This document shows positions 11,999 through 22,095 of a stretch of 64,000 nucleotides of DNA, in pieces. Numbering within the stretch: position 1 is the first letter of the stretch; each line of letters opens with the position of its first letter. This DNA comes from Roseibacillus sp. Its GTDB lineage: Bacteria > Verrucomicrobiota > Verrucomicrobiia > Verrucomicrobiales > Akkermansiaceae. The notes below the pieces were generated by a model that was not told the origin of the DNA, searched no databases, and worked only from the letters and a program-made list of their open reading frames with translations. A program made the position numbers and the translations under genes. The DNA is taken from positions 256,001 through 320,000 of the forward strand of contig CBDEUM010000030.1 in NCBI GenBank assembly GCA_965242925.1. The letters run 5' to 3'.

Positions 11999-12754
11999 CT
12001 ACCGGGGGAACTCGGAGAGTTGGGGAGATGTCACGGCCGGCCTCTCTGACATCGTCCCATCGTCCGCACCTTTCCGTCCCGGCCTCCGCTGACAGGCACT
12101 GATGAGAATTCCCAGCAATACTTCCAACCGTGCGGACATGGTCTCGATCTTTCTTGTGAAATAACTGTGGGCCACCACCGACGGCACAGCCACCACCATG
12201 CCCGCAATGGTAGTGCCCAGCGCCCGCGCGATGCCCGAACCAATCTTGGCATTGTTCACCCCGGAGGTAAGGTCTTCCGTATTGCCAAAGATGAGAACCA
12301 GGCCGCTCGCCGTACCCAGCAATCCCAGCAGGGGAGCAACCGTAATGACCACATCCAGCACCGACAGGCCGGCATGCATACGCACAACCTCCTCCTTCGC
12401 ACTGGCCTGCACCGACTCCTGCGCTTCCGCTGCAGAACGGTCACCGTGCTTCATGGCCACGTCGCAAAGTCGTGCCAGAGAGGATTCCCCCGCCCTGAAC
12501 TCTTCCTGCAAGGCCTCCAGACGCCCCTCCTCCACGTGCACCTCGACCAGTTCAAGGTCGCCGGCCAGTCGGTCGGGAACAACCACAGCCCTCGTAAGGG
12601 TGATCATCTTGTAGAGGATGACAATCAGGGCCACCAGCGAGCACAGCACGATGAGCAGCATGAAAAAGCCCCCATCGGAAAAAAATTTCCAGGTTTTCTG
12701 GAGAGCCTCGGGTGCGGCATCCGCCGCCAGGGTGTATGAATCCTTCCGCAACAT
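11999..12754 (-). CDS. exbB: MotA/TolQ/ExbB proton channel family protein
   Basis: APLLGLLGTASG and GIARALGTTIAGMVVAVP motifs. Confidence 0.9.
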   Translation of the reverse strand: MLRKDSYTLAADAAPEALQKTWKFFSDGGFFMLLIVLCSLVALIVILYKMITLTRAVVVPDRLAGDLELVEVHVEEGRLEALQEEFRAGESSLARLCDVAMKHGDRSAAEAQESVQASAKEEVVRMHAGLSVLDVVITVAPLLGLLGTASGLVLIFGNTEDLTSGVNNAKIGSGIARALGTTIAGMVVAVPSVVAHSYFTRKIETMSARLEVLLGILISACQRRPGRKGADDGTMSERPAVTSPQLSEFPR

Positions 12755-12755
12755 G

Positions 12756-13937
12756 TTAGAAACGGAAGTTGATGTGAAACTCCAGTGGTTCACCCTCCAA
12801 CTCCCTGAGCACTTCCTCGGGCATGGCCGGCAACCGGGGTTGCTGCACAGCCTTCATGGTGAAACCCTTCTGCATCGCACTGGCTTGGAAGACGTCGAGG
12901 TAGCGCAAACCCGACACCTTGCCGTTCTTATCGACATAAAACCGGAGAGTGAGGATCCCCGGCAGCACGTGATCCCGGTGCATCACGCAGCGCCGCTGCC
13001 ACTCGGTCTCGATCATGCGGTTCACCCGGGCCTTGTATTTTCCGAGCGCAGTGGCTTCAACCTTGAGGGAACTCCGTCCCTGGCGACTGATCGTCCCCTC
13101 CATCCTCGTCTTCCTGGACTCCGTCCGAAAACCGCCATTCTTCACCTGCTCTCTGATCGGTTCCTGACTTTGCCCGTCCTCCCCTTTCCTGGTCACCTCG
13201 GCCTCACGCTCGTTCTTCTTTCTCCTCGGGAGCGTTTCTTCCTTCTCCTCCTGCACGCCTTCCTCGGCTGGCACCTCCACCGTATTCCTGCTCTCCAGCA
13301 AATCTTCCTTCGCCCTGCCCTTCTCCTCCTCGGGTTGATCTGTTGCGACCGGGGCCGTTAAATCCCCAACGGCTGATTCGGGATCGCCTGCCACCTCCTG
13401 CGGATCCACATTTTCCGGAGCCGCCCTGCTCTCCTCCTCACCAGGAGAGAAATCGGAATTGAACAGGTTGCGCTCGTTGCGCACGGAATCTTCCCCTTCC
13501 TGGGTCGGCAACTCGGGACCATCCTCCTTGGCCGGTGCCAGTTCGGCAGCCGCCAGGGTGTTCCGTTCACCGATCAGAATCGCCCCCTCGGGAGCCTCTT
13601 CGGATTCCTGGTCCGGACTGGTCTTGGCATAGCCGACGGGATCGTTCTCGATCGGATCGATCCTGACAGGTTCTCCGGGTTCGGACACCTCCTCCGGTTC
13701 CAGTGCTTCGCGCAGGGCGAGCAGGGCCGCCGCATCCAGTTCGACCACAACATCCTTAAACTCGTCAGGATCATCCGGACGCGCCAGTTCGGGAGGTTCG
13801 GGCTCTTCCTCCTCCGCAATCAGAATATCGACCATGGTGGTACCCACTATCGCACCGAAGGCCACGAAGTGCAGTGCAAGAGCAGCGACCACCGCGACAG
13901 CAAAGCTTCGTTCTCTGGCTGGTCTGACTGAAATCAC
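12756..13937 (-). CDS. TonB/TolA-like energy transducer
   Basis: N-terminal TM with His (ALALHF), long acidic linker, TonB_C-like C-terminus (LTLRFYVDKNGKV); upstream of exbB/exbD; start uncertain. Confidence 0.7.
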   Translation of the reverse strand: MISVRPARERSFAVAVVAALALHFVAFGAIVGTTMVDILIAEEEEPEPPELARPDDPDEFKDVVVELDAAALLALREALEPEEVSEPGEPVRIDPIENDPVGYAKTSPDQESEEAPEGAILIGERNTLAAAELAPAKEDGPELPTQEGEDSVRNERNLFNSDFSPGEEESRAAPENVDPQEVAGDPESAVGDLTAPVATDQPEEEKGRAKEDLLESRNTVEVPAEEGVQEEKEETLPRRKKNEREAEVTRKGEDGQSQEPIREQVKNGGFRTESRKTRMEGTISRQGRSSLKVEATALGKYKARVNRMIETEWQRRCVMHRDHVLPGILTLRFYVDKNGKVSGLRYLDVFQASAMQKGFTMKAVQQPRLPAMPEEVLRELEGEPLEFHINFRF

Positions 13938-13975
13938 CGCGTGCGCAGTCTCGCCTCCCTTTCCCCTGCTGGCAA

Positions 13976-15310
13976 CTACGGAACCGCACTCCAGGCCTTC
14001 CAACACTCCAGAAACCCGCTCGCAAAGTCCTGCGGACGCCTCGCAATCCAGCGATTCACCTCATCGGGGAACAACCACAGGCCCGCATCCACCTCCGAGC
14101 AGGGGAAGCGAATGGGATTCGTCTGCCGAAGCTCGAAGAGATGGACAAACTCCCAGCCGGTTTCCACCGTGGGGGGCAGGGTTGCCACCAGCTTGAGCTC
14201 GGCCCCCTTCTGCCCAGCCTCTTCCTCCAACTCACGCACCGCACAGGCTTCGTAATCTTCCCCGGCATCGAGGTGCCCGGCCACGCTCGAATCCCAGGTT
14301 CCGGGATGAGTGTCCTTCAATCGCGACCTCTTCTGCAGGAACACCTCCCCACCTTTATTGAAGATGAAAGCGTGAATGGCACGGTGGAGCAGATTGCGCT
14401 GATGCACCACCTCCCGCTGTTCCTGCCTGACCACTTCGTCGTCTTCATTCACCACGTCAAATACCTCATCGCCACGCTGCGGAATCTCGCTCAAGGGGTG
14501 AAGATCGTAGTGCCGGCACAGATCCACCCACTGCCTGAGGCTCAATTCTTCCGCCCGGATCGTCTCCGCCACTCCCAGCGCCGCTGCCACCACCGCCCAT
14601 TCCGGCTCCGGTGGCAGGGCCTTGCGAAGCTGCTTGCGTCGCTGCGCGAATCCCCGCCGCACCAGTTCGTCAAAGAGACGTGCATCGTAGACCGGCAGAT
14701 CGTCACCCCGGGGCTCCACCGCCATCAGGGTGGAATTGATGGTCGGGCGTGGATAGAAAACCTCCGGGCCGATGGTCTTCAGCGGCGTGCTCAACCACTC
14801 ACTCTGCATACGCAGCGCCAGCACCCCGTAGTTCTTGGTCCTCGGCACCGCCAGAATACGGTCAATCACCTCCTTCTGCAGCATCAGCACAGCCCGCGAG
14901 ACCGGGGAAGGCCGCTGAAGGAAATTGCGGAGAATCGCCCCACCCGCGGAGTAAGGCAGGTTGCCCAGAAACTTGACCGGGCGCTCCTTGAAGAGCGATC
15001 GCAGGTCAAAACGCGCCCCATCGGCATGCACCACCTCCACCGTATCCTCACCAGCAAACCGTTCCTTCAGCCACGCCGCAAGCCGCCGGTCGTATTCCAC
15101 CAAAAGAAGGCGGCGCACCCGCCCAACCAAAGCCTCGCTCAAAGCTCCCGTGCCGGGTCCCACCTCTACTACGAAGTCTCCAGGCTCGGGCTGCAATTGA
15201 TCCACGATCCAACGGGCGGTGTTGGGATCTGTTAGGAAGTTCTGGCCCAGTTTCTTCGACGGCACCACCTCAGCCTCTGCTAAAGCCGCCCTGACATCAG
15301 TCCCGCTCAC
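13976..15310 (-). CDS. rsmA: 16S rRNA dimethyltransferase RsmA/KsgA fused to C-terminal Nudix domain
   Basis: KKLGQNFL, EVGPGTG, GNLPY, FAQRRKQL; then Nudix box GHLDAGEDYEACAVRELEEEAG. Confidence 0.92.
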   Translation of the reverse strand: MSGTDVRAALAEAEVVPSKKLGQNFLTDPNTARWIVDQLQPEPGDFVVEVGPGTGALSEALVGRVRRLLLVEYDRRLAAWLKERFAGEDTVEVVHADGARFDLRSLFKERPVKFLGNLPYSAGGAILRNFLQRPSPVSRAVLMLQKEVIDRILAVPRTKNYGVLALRMQSEWLSTPLKTIGPEVFYPRPTINSTLMAVEPRGDDLPVYDARLFDELVRRGFAQRRKQLRKALPPEPEWAVVAAALGVAETIRAEELSLRQWVDLCRHYDLHPLSEIPQRGDEVFDVVNEDDEVVRQEQREVVHQRNLLHRAIHAFIFNKGGEVFLQKRSRLKDTHPGTWDSSVAGHLDAGEDYEACAVRELEEEAGQKGAELKLVATLPPTVETGWEFVHLFELRQTNPIRFPCSEVDAGLWLFPDEVNRWIARRPQDFASGFLECWKAWSAVP

Positions 15311-15395
15311 GCCAGAAGAGTGGATCAGTGGAGCGCAAGGAGCAAGGAGCGAGAGACCGATCTGAAACCAATCGCCACTCGTCGTTCCTGCCTCT

Positions 15396-16025
15396 ATGTT
15401 CGAACCTACCGTGACCCTGGCCACCTATCTGACCCTCCTCCGTACCCTTCTCGTTCCGGTCTTCGCGGTCCTCGCGGTCTACTACGGGGTGAGCGTGGAA
15501 GACGGCGCCCCGGTCGAGGCCTACCACTGGTGGGCAGTCAGTGTTTTTGTGGTAGCAGCCCTCACCGACCTGGCCGACGGCATCATCGCCCGCCGCTGCA
15601 ACCAGCATACACTTCTGGGCGCGGTCCTCGACCCCATCGCCGACAAACTCCTCATCCTCACCGCCATCCTCATCCTCTCCATTTGGCCCTGGGGAGACGG
15701 CTGGGGCATCCCTATTTGGTTCGTCGGACTTGTCATCGTCCGCGATGCTGTCGTATGGGGCGGCATCGCCGTGCTGCGTTTCCTCGAACACCGGGTGGAG
15801 ATCCAACCCCACTGGACCGGGAAGATCTGCACTGCTCTTCTCATGGTCACAGTAGCCTGGACCGGACTCAAGATCATCCCCCTTAACCCGATTTACCCCA
15901 CCACCGTCACCGCCTTCTTCCTCGTCCTCGCCACCTCCATCAATATTCGCCAGGGTATCGACCAACTCCATCAGGGTGAATTGAAACGCACAACCGAACA
16001 GGAACATGACCAGCCAGTCCCGTAA
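15396..16025 (+). CDS. CDP-alcohol phosphatidyltransferase (PgsA-like)
   Basis: TDLADGIIARRCNQHTLLGAVLDPIADK signature. Confidence 0.9.
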   Translation: MFEPTVTLATYLTLLRTLLVPVFAVLAVYYGVSVEDGAPVEAYHWWAVSVFVVAALTDLADGIIARRCNQHTLLGAVLDPIADKLLILTAILILSIWPWGDGWGIPIWFVGLVIVRDAVVWGGIAVLRFLEHRVEIQPHWTGKICTALLMVTVAWTGLKIIPLNPIYPTTVTAFFLVLATSINIRQGIDQLHQGELKRTTEQEHDQPVP

Positions 16026-17394
16026 ACCCGTGATCGCCCTCGTGGGGCGTCCTAACGTGGGCAAGTCCGCTCTCTTCAATCGCCTGGCAGGCCGCACCAT
16101 CTCCATCGTGCATGATCAGCCAGGCGTCACACGCGATCGCGTCTCCGCTCCATGCTCCCTCACTGACGTCCCCTGTGATCTGGTCGACACCGGAGGCATC
16201 GGGGCCCTGGTTGACGCGGACTTCGCTGAGGCCGTCAGCACTGGGGCACAGATCGCAATCGACACCGCGGAAATCATTCTTTTCCTCGTCGATGCCCGCG
16301 AGGGACTGACTCCGGTCGACGAGTCCATCGCACAGCAACTTCGCAAGGCCGCGAAAAAGGTCTGCCTCGTCCTCAACAAGGCTGACCACGAAGAACTCGA
16401 CCACATCGCCGGCGACTTTGCCCGACTCGGTCTGGGTGCAGGTCTTTCCGTCTCGGCCGCACACGGCCGCAACTTCAAGGCTCTCCTGAGCGAACTGGAT
16501 ACCCGCCTCACCCCCTTTGCTGAATCCGCCCGTGAGGCTGAGACAGCTGCCCGGGTTACAGGTCTCAAGATCGTGGTGATCGGCAAACCTAACGCCGGCA
16601 AATCCTCGCTTGTCAACGCCATCCTCGATGACGAGCGAACGATCGTCTCGGAAGTGGCCGGCACTACCCGGGACGCGGTGGACATTCCCTACGATCGGGC
16701 CGGAGAACGCCACACCCTTATCGACACCGCTGGTCTTCGGCAGCGTTCCCGCATGGACACTTCCGTGGAGGTGTTCTCCGCCATGCGCGCGGAACGCTCT
16801 ATCCGCCGGGCGGATCTCTGCCTCCTGGTGGTCGATCTCTCTGCCGGCATCTCCGCCCAGGATCGCAAGATTGCCCGCCTCGTGCAACGCGAACAGAAGC
16901 CCTGCATCATCATCGCCAACAAGTGGGATCTCTACCACCCGGACGCTCCCAAGCGAGCGCGCATGGAAGAAGCCGAGGAGATCATCCGAACAGAGCTCTT
17001 CTTTCTCCATTACGCTCCCTTCATCTGCGTCTCCGCCCGGGAGAAACAGGAACTTGACCGTATATTCGGCTCTATCCGCAAAGTGCGTGAGGACGCCCAG
17101 AACGTCATCGGAACGGGAGAACTGAATCGCCTCCTTGCTGACGCTCTCCGCCGCAATCCTCCTCCCGCCGGCAAACGCCATCGCAGACGACTGAAGATTC
17201 TCTACGCCACTGCTGCCGTGAACGAGCGCTACGCTGCCATTCCGGTGCCTCGTTATATTCTCTTCGTCAACGACAAACGCCTCCTCGCAGACTCCTACCA
17301 GTCCTACCTCGAGAATACACTGCGCAAGGAAACCTCTTCCCTCGGTCTGCCTATCAACTTCTCGGCGCGATCACGCCGCAAACCCGAAATGTAA
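16006..17394 (+). CDS. der: Ribosome biogenesis GTPase Der/EngA
   Basis: Two G domains: GRPNVGKS...DTGG...NKAD and GKPNAGKS...DTAG...NKWD. Confidence 0.97.
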   Translation: MTSQSRKPVIALVGRPNVGKSALFNRLAGRTISIVHDQPGVTRDRVSAPCSLTDVPCDLVDTGGIGALVDADFAEAVSTGAQIAIDTAEIILFLVDAREGLTPVDESIAQQLRKAAKKVCLVLNKADHEELDHIAGDFARLGLGAGLSVSAAHGRNFKALLSELDTRLTPFAESAREAETAARVTGLKIVVIGKPNAGKSSLVNAILDDERTIVSEVAGTTRDAVDIPYDRAGERHTLIDTAGLRQRSRMDTSVEVFSAMRAERSIRRADLCLLVVDLSAGISAQDRKIARLVQREQKPCIIIANKWDLYHPDAPKRARMEEAEEIIRTELFFLHYAPFICVSAREKQELDRIFGSIRKVREDAQNVIGTGELNRLLADALRRNPPPAGKRHRRRLKILYATAAVNERYAAIPVPRYILFVNDKRLLADSYQSYLENTLRKETSSLGLPINFSARSRRKPEM

Positions 17395-17519
17395 CCCCCC
17401 GGCGTAGCTCCCTGGCGCATTTTCAGGACTTCATCCTGGTTTTTCGGAACCTCCAGCGATCACCCTTCCACCGCACCTTGATCGTTGATCCCCCAACGAT
17501 CAAGGTACAGGCTTCCCTC

Positions 17520-18497
17520 ATGCCGCTTCTCGACGTCCGCAATCTCACCACCCGGTTTCATACGCGTACGGGAGTCGTGCACGCGGTGGAAGGCGTCTCC
17601 TTCTCCCTGGGGGCCGGACAGACCATCGGGATCGTGGGTGAATCCGGCTCGGGCAAGAGCGTGACCTGCTACTCGCTCCTTGACCTCATCCCGCAACCAC
17701 CGGGCAAGATCCACTCCGGCGAAGCCATCTTCGACGGGATCGATCTCCTCAAGAGCTCCGAGAGAGAGTTGCGTGGCATTCGCGGCAAACGGATTTCCAT
17801 GATCTTTCAGGACCCCATGACCTCCCTCAATCCCTATCTCAGGATCTCGAAGCAACTCACCGAACCGCTCGAGATCCACGAGGGGCTGAATGGATCGGAA
17901 GCGCTCAAGCGTGCCATAGAATCGCTGGAGGAAGTCGGAATTCCCGAAGCCTCCAAGCGCATTCACTCCTACCCTCATGAGTTTTCCGGCGGCATGCGTC
18001 AACGCGTCATGATCGCGATGGCACTCATCACCCGGCCCGAAATCCTCATCGCCGACGAACCCTCCACCGCCCTCGACGTCACTGTCCAGAAGCAGGTTCT
18101 CGATCTCCTGAACGAGCGACAGAAGGCGCTCGGACTCTCCATCATCCTGATCACTCACGATCTCGCGGTGGTTTCAGAAAGCTGCGAGGTCGTCCATGTC
18201 ATGTATGCCGGACGCATCGTGGAGCAGGCGCCCACCACTGACCTCTTTACAAATCCGCAGCATGCCTATACCCGCGCCCTTCTCAAGAGCATCCCCGCCA
18301 CCCACCAGCGCGGAGAATCCCTCTACACCATCCCAGGCATCCCGCCCGACCTTTCCCAGGAACCCACCCACTGCTCCTTCAACCCGCGCAACACCATCGG
18401 TGATGCCTCCCGCTGCCTGACCGATCGTCGCCCGGAACTGACCGAGGTCGCAGAGGGACATTTCGCCCAGGACTGCCCCGGTTGCCTCGCGAAATAA
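17520..18497 (+). CDS. oppD: Oligopeptide/dipeptide ABC transporter ATP-binding subunit (OppD/DppD)
   Basis: GESGSGKS, YPHEFSGGMRQRVMIAMAL, LIADEP, oligo_HPY-like C-terminus. Confidence 0.9.
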   Translation: MPLLDVRNLTTRFHTRTGVVHAVEGVSFSLGAGQTIGIVGESGSGKSVTCYSLLDLIPQPPGKIHSGEAIFDGIDLLKSSERELRGIRGKRISMIFQDPMTSLNPYLRISKQLTEPLEIHEGLNGSEALKRAIESLEEVGIPEASKRIHSYPHEFSGGMRQRVMIAMALITRPEILIADEPSTALDVTVQKQVLDLLNERQKALGLSIILITHDLAVVSESCEVVHVMYAGRIVEQAPTTDLFTNPQHAYTRALLKSIPATHQRGESLYTIPGIPPDLSQEPTHCSFNPRNTIGDASRCLTDRRPELTEVAEGHFAQDCPGCLAK

Positions 18498-18591
18498 CAG
18501 CTAGTCCTAACTGCGGCAGAGGCAGCCCTGGAGACGAGAACCGGCCGTCCCCGTTGACCCAGGATTCCGGTTCCCGGCGAAACCTGATTTT

Positions 18592-19020
18592 CTACGCCTC
18601 AATCTCCTCTCCACCAACGTAAAAACCGATCTTGCGCCTCTTCTCCGGTTCAACCTTCTGGGTATAGCACAGGATCTGAAAACTCGACTGGTGCGAAACA
18701 AACATGCAGGGCGCTCCGTCGAGACCCCCCTCCACCACGACGCTGGAATGCCCGTCTTCGCCAACTGAACGCACTTCAATGGCGTTTCCATTCGAGAGCA
18801 GGGCGAGGATCACAGGTTGTTCATCCTCCCCCAGACGCTCACGCCACTTCTGGACGCGGTGCGCCAGGCGTTTCACGAACTCTCCCGCCGATTCGAACCG
18901 ATGCTGCTGCTCAGCCGGCATGTGCGCGAGAATCTCCCCGATATCGGGCATACCAGTCGCTCCCGGGAGGCTGAGATACGGACGGCGCAGGGGACCCTTG
19001 TTTTCAGCTTCCTCGCTCAT
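18592..19020 (-). CDS. Conserved hypothetical protein (DUF6173-like)
   Basis: 142-aa ORF overlapping folE2 stop; ends ...EKRRKIGF. Confidence 0.65.
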   Translation of the reverse strand: MSEEAENKGPLRRPYLSLPGATGMPDIGEILAHMPAEQQHRFESAGEFVKRLAHRVQKWRERLGEDEQPVILALLSNGNAIEVRSVGEDGHSSVVVEGGLDGAPCMFVSHQSSFQILCYTQKVEPEKRRKIGFYVGGEEIEA

Positions 19021-19805
19021 GAATTCCCGCGCTTCTCGATTACCGCGTAGGCATTGTGGTTATGAATGGATTCGAAATTCTCCGCCTCTATCCGGTACCA
19101 TGTGATCATTTCATGCGCCTCGGAGCGCGAGGCCACATTCCGCACCAGATCTTCCACAAATACCGGATGATCGTAGGCACGCTCCGTTACCTCCTTTTCA
19201 TCGGGTCGCTTGAGCAAGCTGTAGAGCTCCGAACTGGCCGAACATTCCACCAGATCCACCGCATCCTCGATCCACACTGGCTCCGAGAACCGGATCGCAT
19301 AGGTCACCATCCCGCGCTGATTGTGCGCCCCGCGGTTGCTGATTGCCTTGGAGCACGGACAGAGCGTGGTCACTGGCACTATTACGGTCAGAACGAAGTC
19401 AATCCCACCTTCCTTCTCCGCATCCACTTCAAAACGCACCTCGTAGTCCATGAGCCCCTTCTTCTTGGTCACCGGTGCGGACTTGGACCGGAAGAACGGA
19501 AACTGAAAGCTCACGTGGGCGCGCCGCGCATCAAGACGCTCCAATAACTCCTGCGGCAGGGACGCCATGCTGCGCACATCCAGACAGTTGCCATGCGAAT
19601 TCAGAATCTCGACGAAACGGCTCATGTGGGTGCCCTTGTAGTGATGCGGCAGGTCCACTGCCAAAGCGACCGTGGCAACCGTACGCTGCACCTCCCCGCT
19701 CTTCTCACGCACCTCCACAGGAAAACGCAGGGACTTCACACCCACCCGGTCGATCGGAAGATTACGATCGTCCCTCTCGTTCTGCATGTCCGTCAGTTCG
19801 TGCAT
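19017..19805 (-). CDS. folE2: GTP cyclohydrolase IB
   Basis: IDRVGVK, KGTHMSRF, TTLCPCSK, GAHNQR, FVEDLVR, ESIHNHNA motifs. Confidence 0.96.
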   Translation of the reverse strand: MHELTDMQNERDDRNLPIDRVGVKSLRFPVEVREKSGEVQRTVATVALAVDLPHHYKGTHMSRFVEILNSHGNCLDVRSMASLPQELLERLDARRAHVSFQFPFFRSKSAPVTKKKGLMDYEVRFEVDAEKEGGIDFVLTVIVPVTTLCPCSKAISNRGAHNQRGMVTYAIRFSEPVWIEDAVDLVECSASSELYSLLKRPDEKEVTERAYDHPVFVEDLVRNVASRSEAHEMITWYRIEAENFESIHNHNAYAVIEKRGNS

Positions 19806-19877
19806 CGGTCCTCTAGGTCCTGCAACTTCGAGACAAGACCAGAATACCGCCCAGGAACCGAACGCTTCGGAATCGGT

Positions 19878-20120
19878 TCAGGGCAGCAGATTCACCGCCC
19901 GGGCCCGCTTGATCTCACGCGTGATCTTGCGGTGCATCTTGGCGGATACGCCAGTCACTCGGCGCGGAAGGATCTTGCCAGTTTCCGTGGTGAACTTGGA
20001 AAGAACCTCAGGACTCTGATAGCTGATGCGATGCATCTCGAGGTCGAGACGCTTAGTTGTCATCTGCTTGTTAGCCTTGCGAAAGGCAATCCGCCGCTCC
20101 TTGGTTTTGGGCTCGCTCAT
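19878..20120 (-). CDS. rpsR: 30S ribosomal protein S18 (no Zn-ribbon cysteines)
   Basis: [18 protein letters not shown]...[13 protein letters not shown]. Confidence 0.95.
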   Translation of the reverse strand: MSEPKTKERRIAFRKANKQMTTKRLDLEMHRISYQSPEVLSKFTTETGKILPRRVTGVSAKMHRKITREIKRARAVNLLP

Positions 20121-20129
20121 GATCAGTCG

Positions 20130-20303
20130 TTAGCGGAGTTCGCGGTGAAGCGTCCGGCGCTTGAGATAGTGGTTGAACTTCACCTTCTCCAAACGGCCAG
20201 GCGTCTGCAGGCTCTTCTTGTTGCGGGTGGTCACGTAGCGGGATGGCTGCTTGCCCTCCGCTTTCGCTTCGGTGCACTCAAGGATGATGATGTCGCGCGG
20301 CAT
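20130..20303 (-). CDS. rpmG: 50S ribosomal protein L33 (C-minus type)
   Basis: MPRDIIILECTE...RYVTTRNKK...RLEKVKFNHYLKRRTLHRELR. Confidence 0.93.
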   Translation of the reverse strand: MPRDIIILECTEAKAEGKQPSRYVTTRNKKSLQTPGRLEKVKFNHYLKRRTLHRELR

Positions 20304-20334
20304 GACTTGCGAAAAGGGCCGGAAACCTAGCCAA

Positions 20335-21075
20335 TCAGGCGCGTGCGTCAAGCGAAACTGCTGGCGCGTTGGCCGCCCCCATCCCAAGCCCGATTGCATC
20401 TGAACTGCGGAATTTGCGGTGCGGATTCTCCTGCTCCCACTGGGACTGGCACTCCACTGTGAGGCGGGCAAAGGGGATTGCCTCCAGACGTGCCTGGGGA
20501 ATTTTCTTCCCTGAAATTCCACAAATCCCGTAATTACCCGCCGCAATACGCTCCAAGGCAGCGTGGATTTCCTGCACGGCATCCTGCTCCTTGGAGAGGA
20601 GATTGAGGGCAAAATCGCGATCATAGGCGTCACTACCGGCATCCCCCTGGTGCATACCGCTCCCCGAGGAATCATTGCCAGAGGGCCCATTGCGCAACGC
20701 CTCCTGCTGCACACCATACATCGCGTCCATCAGTTCGTCCTGCAGGTCAAGGAGGCGCTGGCGCTGCTTCTTGACAAAGTTGGTGAGCTTCACCCGTTTC
20801 CTGGGGGCAGCCTTTTTGGCGGGCGTTTTCTTCGCTGCCTTCTTGGCGGGCGCCTTTTTGGCGGGCGTTTTCTTCGCTGCCTTCTTGGCGGGCGCCTTTT
20901 TGGCGGGCGCTTTCTTCGCTGCCTTCTTGGCGGGCGCCTTGGCGGGCGCTTTCTTCGCTGCCTTCTTGGCGGGCGCCTTTTTGGCGGGCGCTTTCTTCGC
21001 TGCCTTCTTGGCGGGCGCCTTTTTGGCGGGCGCTTTCTTCGCTGCCTTCTTAACTGCCTTCTTCTTCGTCGCCAT
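20335..21075 (-). CDS. DksA/TraR family protein with N-terminal histone H1-like AKP repeats
   Basis: [14 protein letters not shown] coiled-coil tip, [37 protein letters not shown]; ~90-aa K/A/P repeat N-terminus. Confidence 0.9.
   Translation of the reverse strand: MATKKKAVKKAAKKAPAKKAPAKKAAKKAPAKKAPAKKAAKKAPAKAPAKKAAKKAPAKKAPAKKAAKKTPAKKAPAKKAAKKTPAKKAAPRKRVKLTNFVKKQRQRLLDLQDELMDAMYGVQQEALRNGPSGNDSSGSGMHQGDAGSDAYDRDFALNLLSKEQDAVQEIHAALERIAAGNYGICGISGKKIPQARLEAIPFARLTVECQSQWEQENPHRKFRSSDAIGLGMGAANAPAVSLDARA
20810..21060 (-). repeat. Coding tandem repeat (~42-bp unit, [14 protein letters not shown])
   Basis: Repeated gcctttttggcgggcg(c/t)tttcttcgctgccttcttggcgggc on plus strand. Confidence 0.9.
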
Positions 21076-21270
21076 AGGGTTGTTGAATACGAAAAGTGCG
21101 CTCCAGGCCCAACCGGCAGAACCATTCCCCGGTGGGAGGGCGGGAGTGCCTACTGGCTTTCACCAGACGCTGCAAGTGGAAAGTGTCTCGATCATCCTTT
21201 GATATTCACAATTTCCAGACTGTCCTTACGCTTGAATTTGACCCGCACCCTCTTACCTTTCCAGCGTCCT

Positions 21271-22032
21271 ATGGATCTATCCGCGGTCATTGAATCTCTG
21301 CTCTTCGCTTCTGAAGAACCTCTTCCCTCCCCGGAACTGGCCCGGTTGATCCGGGCCCGCCTCGCAGAAATCGAGGATGGCGTGGCAGACGAGGAAGAGG
21401 ATTACGGAAAGGCTGCCGAACTTGCTGATGACCTGAAAAAGCTGACCGCGATCGATGAAGAAACCGTCATCGAGGCCATCGCCTCTCTCAACAGAAAATA
21501 TGATCGAGGCAAGCGCTCCTTTTCAATTATCGAACGTTCCAGAGGCTGGAAGATCCTCACCCGTCCGGAATACGGCGGATTCGTCCGCCAGCTCTTTCCC
21601 GGTATCAAGCCACGCCGCCTGAGTCCGCCTGCGATGGAAACCCTCGCCATCGTGGCCTACCGCCAACCCGTCACCAAGGCCTCGATCGAGCACGTGCGCG
21701 GCGTGTCCTCGGATAGCATCCTGCAGAAACTCCTCGACCGGGAACTGATCAAGATCGATGGCCGCGCCGAACTCCCCGGACGACCGCTCCTTTACGCCAC
21801 CACTGAATTCTTCTTCGAGCACTTCGGTATCAAATCCATCAGCGAACTTCCCAATTCCGCTGAACTTCGCGCCGTCGAACTCCCCGAACCTCCCGGACAG
21901 GGGGGAGATGACGTAACTCAGGGGAGCAATGAGGAAAGTGACGGCGAAAAACAACTTGCCCTCGTGGAGCCTCCCATCGAACCCGCCGCCATCCAACAAC
22001 CTCCTCCTGATTTTTCGGCTCCTGGAAGCTGA
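21271..22032 (+). CDS. scpB: SMC-Scp complex subunit ScpB
   Basis: [48 protein letters not shown]. Confidence 0.95.
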   Translation: MDLSAVIESLLFASEEPLPSPELARLIRARLAEIEDGVADEEEDYGKAAELADDLKKLTAIDEETVIEAIASLNRKYDRGKRSFSIIERSRGWKILTRPEYGGFVRQLFPGIKPRRLSPPAMETLAIVAYRQPVTKASIEHVRGVSSDSILQKLLDRELIKIDGRAELPGRPLLYATTEFFFEHFGIKSISELPNSAELRAVELPEPPGQGGDDVTQGSNEESDGEKQLALVEPPIEPAAIQQPPPDFSAPGS

Positions 22033-22095
22033 TGGCGATGAGTGGCCGCGCTTTTCGGTTTAGAATTATGGAATTAGTCGCTAAAGCTTTCTCCG

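Noticed and set aside
20563..21270. N-terminal extension of ScpB (GGRFLRCLL repeats)
   Set aside because: Antisense shadow of the dksA repeat; the ScpB motif begins at ATG 21271
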